Both the position numbers and the translations under genes were made by a program. Below, piece by piece: positions 10,089 through 19,829 of a DNA stretch of 64,000 nt (its first letter is position 1; every line of letters begins with the position of its first letter). This stretch comes from Candidatus Latescibacterota bacterium (GTDB lineage: Bacteria; Latescibacterota; UBA2968): assembly GCA_965204375.1 (NCBI GenBank), contig OZ241986.1:1600001-1664000 (forward strand), in the 5' to 3' direction. The notes below the pieces were generated by a model. It did no database searches, had not been told where the DNA came from, and saw only the letters and a program-made list of their open reading frames with translations.

Positions 10089-12317
10089 ATGATGGATCGT
10101 TTACTGGATAATGAACAAAACGGTAGTTTGAATTGGTTGAAATATGCTTTGCCCGAAGGTGAAGATGAACTTATCCGGGTGCAGACCGATTTGGATGAAA
10201 AAGGCGACTTCGGAAACCAATGGGTAGTGGTGACGCGCAATCGCGTGCTGGTACGGCAAAATGGCTCGATTTCGGATATTCCTATTTCCGAAATTGAACT
10301 GGCGCGAACCGAGGCTCTGGTGGGCGGCGCGCGTCTGGAAATTCACCGAAAAAATAAACCGACTATTCACGTTCCGTATTCCCTGACGCAGGCACAAAAA
10401 TTTTCGGAGACCACGCGGGGGATCGAGCAGTTGCGCAAGGAACAAGAATTTTTTATCAACGCGAACCTGGATCGCACAATCTGCGAATCGTGTGGCCGCC
10501 TATTACCCGAAAAAAATGGGATATGTCCGGCCTGTTTGAACAAATTTGCAACGTTGGGACGCATTGCATCGTATTTGAAGCCCTACAAAATACGCGCGCT
10601 TGTGCTGGCTCTGGCGTCTATTGTGACGACAGTCGCCGAATTGATTCCGCCTTATGTGACCAAGCTCATTGTCGATGATGTGCTGGTGCTGCCCGAGGGC
10701 GCGGAAATGCTGTACGACGAGCGGCTCAGTTTGCTCGGCTGGCTCGTGCTGGCTCTGGTGGGTATCCGGCTGATAACCTGGGGGGCAGAATGGGCGCACG
10801 GCTGGACAGTTACGTGGCTTTCCGCACGGGTGACGGCGGATATACGCAGCCAGCTTTACAGGCGTTTGGAGTTGCTTTCCCTGCAATTTTACGACAAACG
10901 GCAAGTTGGCGCAGTGATGTCCCGCGTGACGACGGATAGCAGTCGTTTACAGATGTTTTTGGTTGATGGACTGCCCTATCTGGTAATCGAGGCGATGATG
11001 TTGCTGGGGATTCTCGCCGCGCTGTTTATGATGAGTTGGTCACTGGCTATTCTGGTGCTGATTCCCGTTCCGTTAATCATGATCTGGGGGTATGCGTTTT
11101 ATCGGCGGATGCGGAAATATTTTACCAGTTGGATGCAGTCCTGGTCTGACACTATGGCGCGAGTCAATGAAGCGCTCACGGGCATTCGCGTGGTGAAGGC
11201 GTTTGCACAGGAAAAGCAGGAAATCAGGGTGTTCAAAAGGCGCAATGATAAATTGACGCGCATCGGCATTACTACAGAGGTTAACCGGGGCATTTTTTAC
11301 AAAACGATGACCCTATTGACCGCGGCTGGCGTGATTATTGTATGGTATTACGGGGGGCTGGAGGTGATCGATGGGGAATTGACGCTCGGCACTTTGATGG
11401 CTTTTTACAGTTATATGATGTTGCTCTACGGTCCGCTGGAATGGTTTGGGATGGTCAATTCCTGGATGACGCGCGCAATGGCCGGGGCTGAGCGCATTTT
11501 TGAGATTATCGACACGCCCTCCGAAGCGTATCAAGACCCCAATGCCGTGCCGGTGCCCGATATTGAAGGGCGCGTGAAGTTTAATGACGTCACATTTGGA
11601 TACGACAAGAGCAAGCCCGTGCTACACGAAATCGACCTCGATGTCAAACCGGGGGAGATGGTCGGGCTGGTGGGAAAATCCGGCGTGGGCAAAACGACAA
11701 CGGTAAATCTGATTTGTCGGTTCTACGATGTGGACCGCGGAAGCATTGAGGTAGATGGGGTGAATTTGCGCGATATTCGGCTGGAGGATTTGCGATCTCA
11801 AATTGGCATTGTGTTGCAAGAACCGTTTCTGTTTTCGGGCAGTATCGCAGAAAATATCGGCTATGGCAAGCCGGGGGCGACATTCGATGAGATTGTAGAA
11901 GCAGCCAAGACTGCCCATGCACACGACTTTATCGTGACAAAGCCCGATGGCTATGATACGCTTATCGGCGAGCGAGGAGAATCGCTTTCGGGGGGTGAAC
12001 GGCAGCGCGTGTCCATTGCACGGGCCATTTTACACGATCCCAGGATTTTGATCTTGGACGAGGCCACGTCGTCTGTCGATGTGCAAACGGAAAAGCGCAT
12101 TCAAGATGCGGTTGCGCGATTGGTCAAAGGACGAACGACTTTTGCAATAGCCCACCGTTTATCCACCCTTCGCAATGCCGATCGGCTGGTGGTCATGGAT
12201 GCCGGACGCATTGTGGAAATGGGAACGCACCGAGAATTGCTTGAAAAGAAGGGCATGTTTTACAAATTGGTGCAGATGCAAGAAGAGATTTCACAGATTA
12301 TTGCGATTAAGGAATAG
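10089..12317 (+). CDS. ABC exporter (fused TMD+NBD) with N-terminal extension and zinc ribbon
   Basis: Walker A GKSGVGKT, LSGGERQR, ILDEATS; CESCGR...CPAC before the TMD. Confidence 0.9.
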   Translation: MMDRLLDNEQNGSLNWLKYALPEGEDELIRVQTDLDEKGDFGNQWVVVTRNRVLVRQNGSISDIPISEIELARTEALVGGARLEIHRKNKPTIHVPYSLTQAQKFSETTRGIEQLRKEQEFFINANLDRTICESCGRLLPEKNGICPACLNKFATLGRIASYLKPYKIRALVLALASIVTTVAELIPPYVTKLIVDDVLVLPEGAEMLYDERLSLLGWLVLALVGIRLITWGAEWAHGWTVTWLSARVTADIRSQLYRRLELLSLQFYDKRQVGAVMSRVTTDSSRLQMFLVDGLPYLVIEAMMLLGILAALFMMSWSLAILVLIPVPLIMIWGYAFYRRMRKYFTSWMQSWSDTMARVNEALTGIRVVKAFAQEKQEIRVFKRRNDKLTRIGITTEVNRGIFYKTMTLLTAAGVIIVWYYGGLEVIDGELTLGTLMAFYSYMMLLYGPLEWFGMVNSWMTRAMAGAERIFEIIDTPSEAYQDPNAVPVPDIEGRVKFNDVTFGYDKSKPVLHEIDLDVKPGEMVGLVGKSGVGKTTTVNLICRFYDVDRGSIEVDGVNLRDIRLEDLRSQIGIVLQEPFLFSGSIAENIGYGKPGATFDEIVEAAKTAHAHDFIVTKPDGYDTLIGERGESLSGGERQRVSIARAILHDPRILILDEATSSVDVQTEKRIQDAVARLVKGRTTFAIAHRLSTLRNADRLVVMDAGRIVEMGTHRELLEKKGMFYKLVQMQEEISQIIAIKE

Positions 12318-12323
12318 GTTCAC

Positions 12324-14603
12324 ATGAATTACGTACCTGGAAGACCTTTGATCGAAAAACTCCCCCCATCCGTGGCAAAGAAACTGAGTGCGGCGAAGCC
12401 CAATGGCGAGACTGTACTGATGCAGGTGGCAACGGATCTGGACGAGTCCATAAATTACAACCCGCAGTGGGTGGTGGTGACCGATCAACAGGTGCTGGTG
12501 ATTCCCGAATCGGATGTGGATGGTACGCAGTCGATGGCGATTGGCGATGTGGAAGACGTGAAAGTGGAGGAGCGCGTGGGATTGGGCGCCCTGGCATTGA
12601 CGCACAAAGCAGGCCCCGGGATGCATGTACCTTATTCGCCATCTCTTACCACTGTGTTTGCCGAAGTGGCCGATGGGATTCGACAGTTGAAGGACAAAGA
12701 GCCGCTAACATTGCCCACAGATCTGGAGCAGACGCACTGCGAGGATTGTGGCCGTCGATTGCCCGAAAAAAATGGGGTATGTGCTGCGTGTTTAAAAAAG
12801 TGGCAGACGTTTCGGCGCATTGTGGGTTATATGGCAGCTTATCCCGTGCGCCTGATTACAACCATAGTTCTGACGTTTGTCAGCGCTTTATTTACGCTGT
12901 TGCCGCCCAAAATTACGGAGTATGTGATTGACGGTGTTTTGACAGCGGGCTGGGACGCGGTTGCAATTCCATTTATTGCGTCAACGGATCGCCTTGATCG
13001 ATTGGGGCTGTTGATTTTAGGGCTTGTTATTATACGGCTGCTGATCTGGGGTGTCGATGTGGTGATGGCGGCTCTGAGTCGGTCGTTGGGGTTGCGTGCC
13101 ATCGGCGATTTACGGGAAGATCTCTACCGCGCGTTCCAGATGGTGCCCGTTCGCTTTTACGATCGGCGAAAAGTGGGTGCGCTGACGTCCCGCATGAATA
13201 ATGATACGGACCGCATGGAAGTGATCATGACGTATGATTTTTATTATGTGTTTTCCAACAGTTTGTTATTTGTCGGCATTCTGGGATTTCTGGCGTGGAT
13301 GAACTGGCAACTCACGCTATTTGTAATAGCACCTATTCCGCTGATTGTACTCGCCGGTACACGGATATGGTACCGCATTATGACTTTCTGGACGCAGTGG
13401 TCGGGAAAGTGGGGCAGGCTTTCAGCGCAGTTGAATGAGTCGATTCACGGTATTCGCGTTGTGAAGGCATTTGCACAGGAAGCAAAGGAGAGCGAGCGTT
13501 TTGACCAGTACAACGAAGATCTGCGCGATGTGGATACCCGGGGCGAACGGGCCTGGTTTGTTTTTTGGACCGTGACAAATCTGTTTATGAACATCGGGGT
13601 GTTTTTTGTGTGGTATTTTGGTGGGCGACAGATTCTGGGCGGAGAATTGACGCTGGGTGCGTTAATCGCATTTATGAGTTATCTCTGGATGCTGTACCAG
13701 CCATTGCGCTGGTTTGGCGATTTTTACAGTTATATTTTGCGGGCATTTGCCGGTGCGCAGCGCGTGTTCGAGGTGATTGATTCCGAACCCGAGCCATACC
13801 AGAAACCCGATGCCGTGCGCTTGCCCAAAATTGAGGGTAGTTTGAAGTTCGAGTCCGTTTTTTTTGGTTATGATCCCGGCAAACCCGTGCTCAAGAGGGT
13901 TGACCTGGAGGTGAATGCGGGTGAGATGATTGGACTTGTGGGCAAATCGGGAGCTGGCAAGTCAACTCTGATCAATCTGGTGTGTCGATTCTACGATCCT
14001 GACCGCGGGCAGTTGATAGTGGATGGCGTGCCGATGACCGATGTGAATTTGCGCGATTTGCGATCCCAAATTGGAATGGTGCATCAGCAACCCTTTTTGT
14101 TTGACGGCACGATTGCTGAGAATATTGCCTATGGAAAACCCGATGCGACCTTTGACGAGGTGATGCGCGCTGCAATCGCAGCCGAAGCGCACGAGTTCAT
14201 TGTGAAAAAACCCGATGGTTATGACATGCGGGTGGGGGAAGGCGGCGGCCGTCTGTCGGGCGGCGAAAAACAGCGGGTGTCTATTGCGCGGGCGATTTTG
14301 CACAATCCGCGGATTCTCATTCTCGATGAAGCCACGTCTTCGCTGGATACACCGACCGAGAAGAAGATCCAGATGGCGATTGCACGCCTGGTTGAAGGGC
14401 GCACGACATTTGCCATTGCACACCGTTTGTCAACCCTTCGCAGCGCGGATCGGCTCGTGGTGATGGATGAAGGCAATATCGCCGAAGTCGGTACGCACCA
14501 GGAGTTGATGGATCGAGAGGGCATTTTTTATCGTCTGGTCAAGACACAACAAGAGACGACATTGGATATGTTTATGACTGCGGTGGGGATAGAGTTGGAG
14601 TAG
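12324..14603 (+). CDS. ABC exporter paralogue with N-terminal extension and zinc ribbon
   Basis: GKSGAGKS, LSGGEKQR, ILDEATS; CEDCGR...CAAC; colinear with upstream gene. Confidence 0.9.
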   Translation: MNYVPGRPLIEKLPPSVAKKLSAAKPNGETVLMQVATDLDESINYNPQWVVVTDQQVLVIPESDVDGTQSMAIGDVEDVKVEERVGLGALALTHKAGPGMHVPYSPSLTTVFAEVADGIRQLKDKEPLTLPTDLEQTHCEDCGRRLPEKNGVCAACLKKWQTFRRIVGYMAAYPVRLITTIVLTFVSALFTLLPPKITEYVIDGVLTAGWDAVAIPFIASTDRLDRLGLLILGLVIIRLLIWGVDVVMAALSRSLGLRAIGDLREDLYRAFQMVPVRFYDRRKVGALTSRMNNDTDRMEVIMTYDFYYVFSNSLLFVGILGFLAWMNWQLTLFVIAPIPLIVLAGTRIWYRIMTFWTQWSGKWGRLSAQLNESIHGIRVVKAFAQEAKESERFDQYNEDLRDVDTRGERAWFVFWTVTNLFMNIGVFFVWYFGGRQILGGELTLGALIAFMSYLWMLYQPLRWFGDFYSYILRAFAGAQRVFEVIDSEPEPYQKPDAVRLPKIEGSLKFESVFFGYDPGKPVLKRVDLEVNAGEMIGLVGKSGAGKSTLINLVCRFYDPDRGQLIVDGVPMTDVNLRDLRSQIGMVHQQPFLFDGTIAENIAYGKPDATFDEVMRAAIAAEAHEFIVKKPDGYDMRVGEGGGRLSGGEKQRVSIARAILHNPRILILDEATSSLDTPTEKKIQMAIARLVEGRTTFAIAHRLSTLRSADRLVVMDEGNIAEVGTHQELMDREGIFYRLVKTQQETTLDMFMTAVGIELE

Positions 14604-14626
14604 GGTAATTTTGATCGGAGATTTTG

Positions 14627-15196
14627 ATGGCTACAGATATGCTGGAGATGGAAGTGGAAGAGATTGAAGAAAAAACAGAGGAATGGAAGCCGATACCCAT
14701 TGAGATGGTGCATCCCGAGTCGGTTGATCCGCGTAAGATTCGCTTGTTTAAGGAGCCGCAGTGGATTTTGCGGATGACGATTGAAGGGGATCGGTCCTAT
14801 ACCCGTGTGAAAGTGGTAAGAGCCGCACCTTTGACAGAGCCGGATCGCTATTTTTGCATTCTGGATATCAAGGATGAAGCGATCTGTATGATCAAAGACC
14901 TGTCCGATTTGCCAGAAGAGAGCCAGGCTCTGGTGTATGAGGAATTAGACAATCGGTATTTGACGGCGGAGATCCAGAAGATCGTGGCGTTGCAAAATGA
15001 ATACGGCGTGACGTACTGGACTGTCGATACCGACCGGGGCAGGCGCGATTTTGTAGCCAAGTCCGTCGCTGAAAACGCGCAGTGGCTGGGAGAGACGCGA
15101 TTGATGATTTTTGATGTGGATAATAACCGTTTTGAGGTGCCCGATATACGGACGCTGGATCGCCGCAGTCAGGGGTTGTTGGAATCGGTTGTGTGA
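14627..15196 (+). CDS. DUF1854-family protein
   Basis: VVRAAPLTEPDRY, YWTVDTDRGRRDF, IFDVDNNRFEVPD..LDRRS; typical position after ABC exporter. Confidence 0.8.
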   Translation: MATDMLEMEVEEIEEKTEEWKPIPIEMVHPESVDPRKIRLFKEPQWILRMTIEGDRSYTRVKVVRAAPLTEPDRYFCILDIKDEAICMIKDLSDLPEESQALVYEELDNRYLTAEIQKIVALQNEYGVTYWTVDTDRGRRDFVAKSVAENAQWLGETRLMIFDVDNNRFEVPDIRTLDRRSQGLLESVV

Positions 15197-15226
15197 TGCG
15201 AGGGCATCTTGTCGGCGTCATTATTC

Positions 15227-15256
15227 AAAAGGGCATTTAGAAAATGCCCTTTTTTT
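15227..15256 (+). terminator. Intrinsic terminator
   Basis: AAAAGGGCATTT-AGA-AAATGCCCTTTT followed by T run. Confidence 0.75.
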
Positions 15257-15373
15257 CTTGTATGGTCAGTCTTGAATCACTAACTTGTCGAAACTCAGTG
15301 AGACATTTATGCGTCTCACTGCAATCTAAGCAATATCAACAAGTCATTTTAATCCGGTTATCAGGAGGATTTT

Positions 15374-17128
15374 ATGCGCAGGAAAATTGGTCGAATTTTG
15401 GCGTGGATTGGTGGGATTACGGTTGGGCTGGTCGTCCTGACGATCTTATCAGTTGTATTGCTATCTGGCGAAGATCCCGTGCCCGATCAAGTGATTTTGG
15501 AGATCAACCTGGAGCAGGGGGTTGCGGAATATGTGCCAGAAGATCCGTTTGCAAAATTGTTTGCCGATGAGATGCGCTCGCTCCGCGATGTGGTAGGTGC
15601 TTTAGACGCAGCGGCTTCGGATGACCGCGTTTTGGGATTGCTGGCTCGTGGGGGCGGAGCACCGATGGGCTTTGCGCAGGCACAAGAAATAAGAGATGCG
15701 GTTCTGGATTTTGGAAAAAGCGGAAAACCCACCGCGATTTTTGCCGAGACATTTGGCGAATTCGGATCGGGAAATGTCGGATATTATCTGGCGACAGCAT
15801 TTGAGCATATCTATCTTCAGCCCTCGGGAGATGTGGGTTTGATCGGACTGGCAATGGAGCATCCCTTTGTGAAGGGAACATTGGATTCGCTTGGGATTGA
15901 CGTGCAGATGGATCACCGGTATGAGTATAAAAATGCGATGAACCTATATACTGAAACCGAATTTACAGACGCACACCGCGAGGCGAGTGAGGTACTTTTG
16001 AAGTCGATGTACGATCAGATGGTCCTGGGTATTTCACAGGGGCGAGATACAACGCCCGAAGCCGTGCGCGATCTCATTAACCGCGGACCTTTTTTGGCCT
16101 TATCTGCCCATGCCGAAGGCCTGGTGGATAGCCTGGCGTATTGGGATGAGGTGCGCGATCTGGTGAAGCGCGAGCATGGCGAAGATGCCAAATGGTTGGA
16201 TATAAAAAATTATCTCAAGCGTATCGATGAAAAGCCTTATGGCGAAGGGACAAAGGTGGCGTTGATATACGGCGTGGGACCTGTGCTTCGCGGGAAGAGT
16301 GCCTACGATCCCTTATATGGGTCTGCTACAATGGGCGCGAGTACCTTGACCAAAGCTTTTCGCGATGCTGTGAAGGATAAGGATGTACGTGCAATTTTAT
16401 TTCGAATAGACTCTCCTGGTGGGTCTTACGTTGCTTCTGATGCGATCTGGCGCGAGGTTGCCAAAGCTAAGCAGACGGACAAACCCGTGATTGTATCAAT
16501 GGGCAATGTGGCCGGTTCTGGAGGATATTTTGTGGCGATGAGTGCCGATAAAATTGTGGCGCAACCCGGTAGCATCACGGGATCCATTGGGGTATTGGCG
16601 GGAAAGTTTGTGACAACTGAATTTTGGGAACGCCTGGGTATGACCTGGGATACGGCGCAGGTGGGTGAAAACGCTCTGATATGGGGCACGGGTGCAGAAT
16701 TTACACCCGAGCAATGGACGAAATTCCAGACGTGGCTGGATCGCATTTACGAAGATTTTACGGCAAAAGTTGCCGAGGGTCGCGACATGTCACAGGCTGA
16801 TGTTCATGCCGTGGCAAAGGGACGGATCTGGACCGGTGAAGATGCCAGATCGCATGGCCTGATTGATGAATTAGGCGGCCTGAAAACCGCGATGAGCCTG
16901 ATTCGGGAGGCATTGGAATTGGAAGCTGATGCATCTCTCAACCTCGTTGTATTTCCCAAAGAAAAGACGCTGATAGAACAGGTGATGGAAAAAGGATTGA
17001 TCCGCACGCTGAGCAATGTCGATGCGTTGGCGAGACTCACCACAGAGTTGCAACCCGTTTTTCGCTTTGCGCGCACAGTGGGACAGCCACAACAAGTTTT
17101 GGAGATGACACCCGTGGATATTCGGTAA
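15374..17128 (+). CDS. sppA: Signal peptide peptidase SppA (long form)
   Basis: YYLATA, YKNA, RIDSPGGS, SMGNVAGSGGYFVA, TGSIGV, GRIWTG motifs. Confidence 0.92.
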   Translation: MRRKIGRILAWIGGITVGLVVLTILSVVLLSGEDPVPDQVILEINLEQGVAEYVPEDPFAKLFADEMRSLRDVVGALDAAASDDRVLGLLARGGGAPMGFAQAQEIRDAVLDFGKSGKPTAIFAETFGEFGSGNVGYYLATAFEHIYLQPSGDVGLIGLAMEHPFVKGTLDSLGIDVQMDHRYEYKNAMNLYTETEFTDAHREASEVLLKSMYDQMVLGISQGRDTTPEAVRDLINRGPFLALSAHAEGLVDSLAYWDEVRDLVKREHGEDAKWLDIKNYLKRIDEKPYGEGTKVALIYGVGPVLRGKSAYDPLYGSATMGASTLTKAFRDAVKDKDVRAILFRIDSPGGSYVASDAIWREVAKAKQTDKPVIVSMGNVAGSGGYFVAMSADKIVAQPGSITGSIGVLAGKFVTTEFWERLGMTWDTAQVGENALIWGTGAEFTPEQWTKFQTWLDRIYEDFTAKVAEGRDMSQADVHAVAKGRIWTGEDARSHGLIDELGGLKTAMSLIREALELEADASLNLVVFPKEKTLIEQVMEKGLIRTLSNVDALARLTTELQPVFRFARTVGQPQQVLEMTPVDIR

Positions 17129-17139
17129 TAAAGGAGGGC

Positions 17140-17901
17140 ATGATGATTACCGCAGATTTTGAAGCGTATTTGACAGATGACTGGTATGGGCAGCAGATAA
17201 CGGTTGACGCTTTGTTGGAATGCGAAGCCGAAGCGGGATTTGAGATGGCGGTGGTAATGCCGCAGACTAGGCCCCTTCCAGATAATGATGGGTTGCTCGA
17301 CAAGACAGCGGGACATCCCCAGCTTTTGCCCTGTCCGCTCGTGGATCCACATTGGGGCGAAGAAGGAATTGCAGCATTAAAGGGTTATGTTGATCGCGGT
17401 GCTCAGGGCGTGAAGTTGATGGGGGCTATTCACAAATACAATGTGGATGACCCCATGGTCGTTCCGTTTGTTGAGACGGCGCGCGATCTGGGGATTGTGG
17501 TATCAATTCATTCGGGGCGCGACAACTGCAGTGCCGAGCGCATTGGCAATGTAGCGCGACAAGTGCCCAGCGTGCCGATTATTATGGATCACATGGGCTT
17601 TCCCGATGGATTTGACACAGCGCTTGAAGTGTGTCGTGAATGTCCCGATGTATATCTGGGCACAACGATTCTGCGATTTCACAAGTTGTGGGCCATTAAT
17701 CCCGAAGAAACCGTGCCGCATGAGGTCAAACAGGCCGTTGAAGAATTGGGGCCAGAACGGATTGTTTTTGGATCCAATTTGCCGGAATATCGCCCGATTC
17801 AGGTCAAGCGGGTAATTCAGCGGTTGGAATTGGGCGACGAGGCGGAAGCTCTGATTTTTGGGGGTAATTTGGGACGGATTTATGGGATTGAAGACGGCTG
17901 A
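17140..17901 (+). CDS. Amidohydrolase_2-family metal-dependent hydrolase
   Basis: GVKL, SIHSG, IIMDHMG, ERIVFGSNLP, IFGGNL. Confidence 0.75.
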   Translation: MMITADFEAYLTDDWYGQQITVDALLECEAEAGFEMAVVMPQTRPLPDNDGLLDKTAGHPQLLPCPLVDPHWGEEGIAALKGYVDRGAQGVKLMGAIHKYNVDDPMVVPFVETARDLGIVVSIHSGRDNCSAERIGNVARQVPSVPIIMDHMGFPDGFDTALEVCRECPDVYLGTTILRFHKLWAINPEETVPHEVKQAVEELGPERIVFGSNLPEYRPIQVKRVIQRLELGDEAEALIFGGNLGRIYGIEDG

Positions 17902-17921
17902 TCGTTGGTTTGTAAGACGTG

Positions 17922-17953
17922 AAAAGGGCGGCCCGTGGGCACGTCCTTTTTTT
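17922..17953 (+). terminator. Intrinsic terminator
   Basis: AAAAGGGCG-GCCC-GT-GGGC-ACGTCCTTTT stem followed by T run. Confidence 0.6.
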
Positions 17954-18176
17954 ATTTTTCACCTTTATCTGTGTTCACTGGTGATTTTTTTCTGATTTTC
18001 CTTGATTTTTTTTGATAAACTTGTTTAAATTTTCGGTCTTAAAAAATTAGTCGTCCTTCCCCCTTTACTCTTCAGGGTATGGACAGTTTTCGTCACGAGC
18101 CAAATCTGTGCCGATGTTGGGCGAGTGCCAACCTGAGCGCAGAGCACAGCACAACTCTCAGGAGGTTAGTTCCAGA

Positions 18177-19121
18177 ATGATTCGAGTTGAGAATTTGGAG
18201 AAGTACTACGGCGACATTCATGCACTCAAGGGCATTGATTTTGAGATTGACGACGGGGAAATCGTCGGGTTCTTAGGTGCAAATGGCGCGGGTAAATCCA
18301 CGACATTGAAAATTATGACGGGCTTTTTAGCACCAAGTGTCGGCAATGTATTTATAGACGACCTGAATATTCAGGACCATTCGCTGGATATTCGCGAGCA
18401 AATCGGCTATTTACCCGAAATGAATCCCCTGTATGGGGAAATGAGAGTGTATGACTATCTCGAGTTTATATCTCAAATTCGCGGTATAGACGCCGGAGAG
18501 TTCAAAACGGCTTTGGACCGCGTGGTTGAGCAATGTGGTTTGCACGAAGTAATTCATCTGCCCATTTCTTCGTGTTCAAAGGGGTATAAACAACGCGTCG
18601 GGCTGTCTGCCGCGATTTTGCACGATCCCAAGGTGTTGATCTTTGATGAGCCGGTCTCGGGGCTGGACCCCAACCAGATTGTGGAGATTCGGAACCTGAT
18701 TCGGGAATTGGGCCAGCAGAAGATGGTGATTATATCCAGCCATATTTTGCAAGAGATTGAAGCCACTGTGGATCGCATTGTGATTATCGATCACGGCGAA
18801 ATTGTGGCCAATGGGACGAGTCAAGAATTGATGGCGGGATTTATGGGGCGCACGCAACTGACACTCGATGTAAAATACGCCAATGAAGAGAGCCTTGCCG
18901 CGCTGACCAACAGCGTTGATGAGATCGAAGTTGCAAATATAGAGGTGGTCAATGGCCACAGTGTTCTGTCGATAGAATACGCCCGTGAGATGGATCCTCG
19001 TGAGGCGATTTTTGATTATGCCAAAAACAGTGGCTGGGCCATTTTGGAGATGACGCAAAATCAAGTTCACCTCGAAGATGTGTTCCGCGGATTGACCAGG
19101 GAAGGAGGGAACGATGAATAA
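18177..19121 (+). CDS. ABC transporter ATP-binding protein (GldA-like)
   Basis: GANGAGKSTT, SKGYKQRVG, DEPVSGLDPNQ; SD GGAGG upstream of ATG 18177. Confidence 0.9.
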   Translation: MIRVENLEKYYGDIHALKGIDFEIDDGEIVGFLGANGAGKSTTLKIMTGFLAPSVGNVFIDDLNIQDHSLDIREQIGYLPEMNPLYGEMRVYDYLEFISQIRGIDAGEFKTALDRVVEQCGLHEVIHLPISSCSKGYKQRVGLSAAILHDPKVLIFDEPVSGLDPNQIVEIRNLIRELGQQKMVIISSHILQEIEATVDRIVIIDHGEIVANGTSQELMAGFMGRTQLTLDVKYANEESLAALTNSVDEIEVANIEVVNGHSVLSIEYAREMDPREAIFDYAKNSGWAILEMTQNQVHLEDVFRGLTREGGNDE

Positions 19122-19827
19122 TGTGATGGCGATTTATCGCAAAGAAGTCGGCGCGTATTTCAAGAGTCCCATGGCGTATATTTTCCTAGTATTTTTCGCC
19201 CTGTTTAACGGCTACTTCTTTAGCAACACGTTCTTCTTGTTCAGTCAGTCCGATATGCGGGCACTATTTAATATTACGCCGATGATTTATCTGATTTTTG
19301 TGCCCGCGGTCACGATGGGGGTGCTCGCGCGCGAGAAAAGCGCGGGCACACACGAGTTGATGGCGACACTTCCGATTAAAAATTTTGAACTTGTGATTGG
19401 GAAGTACTTGTCGGCGTTTACTCTGGTGTTGGCCGGGCTGGGTTTTACGCTGATACATTTTTTTACGCTTCTGGCCGTCGGTACAAATATCGACTACGGC
19501 GGCGTAATCTGTGGGTATTTGGGACTGGCTCTGGTAGGTGCATTTTACGCGGCTATTGGCACATTCACGAGCAGTTTGACGGATAATCAGGTGGTTGCAT
19601 TCATTCTCGCGGCGGTATTCGTGTTGGGATTTTATCTGCTCGATAAATTGCTGATTTTTGTGCCTGCAGCCCTTGCCGGGCCCATTCAGTTTATGGCGGT
19701 TGATTACCATTTGTCCAATATGTCGCGCGGGGTTGTCGATTCGCGCAATCTGGTGTATTTCGGCTCGCTGATCTGGTTGTTTTTGGCGCTTACAGTACGC
19801 GTTATTGACATGCGGAAGTGGAGGTAG
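19114..19827 (+). CDS. ABC-2 permease (GldF-like)
   Basis: KEVGAYFKSPMAY, GTHELMATLP, SSLTDNQVVA; multiple TM segments. Confidence 0.85.
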   Translation: MNNVMAIYRKEVGAYFKSPMAYIFLVFFALFNGYFFSNTFFLFSQSDMRALFNITPMIYLIFVPAVTMGVLAREKSAGTHELMATLPIKNFELVIGKYLSAFTLVLAGLGFTLIHFFTLLAVGTNIDYGGVICGYLGLALVGAFYAAIGTFTSSLTDNQVVAFILAAVFVLGFYLLDKLLIFVPAALAGPIQFMAVDYHLSNMSRGVVDSRNLVYFGSLIWLFLALTVRVIDMRKWR

Positions 19828-19829
19828 TC

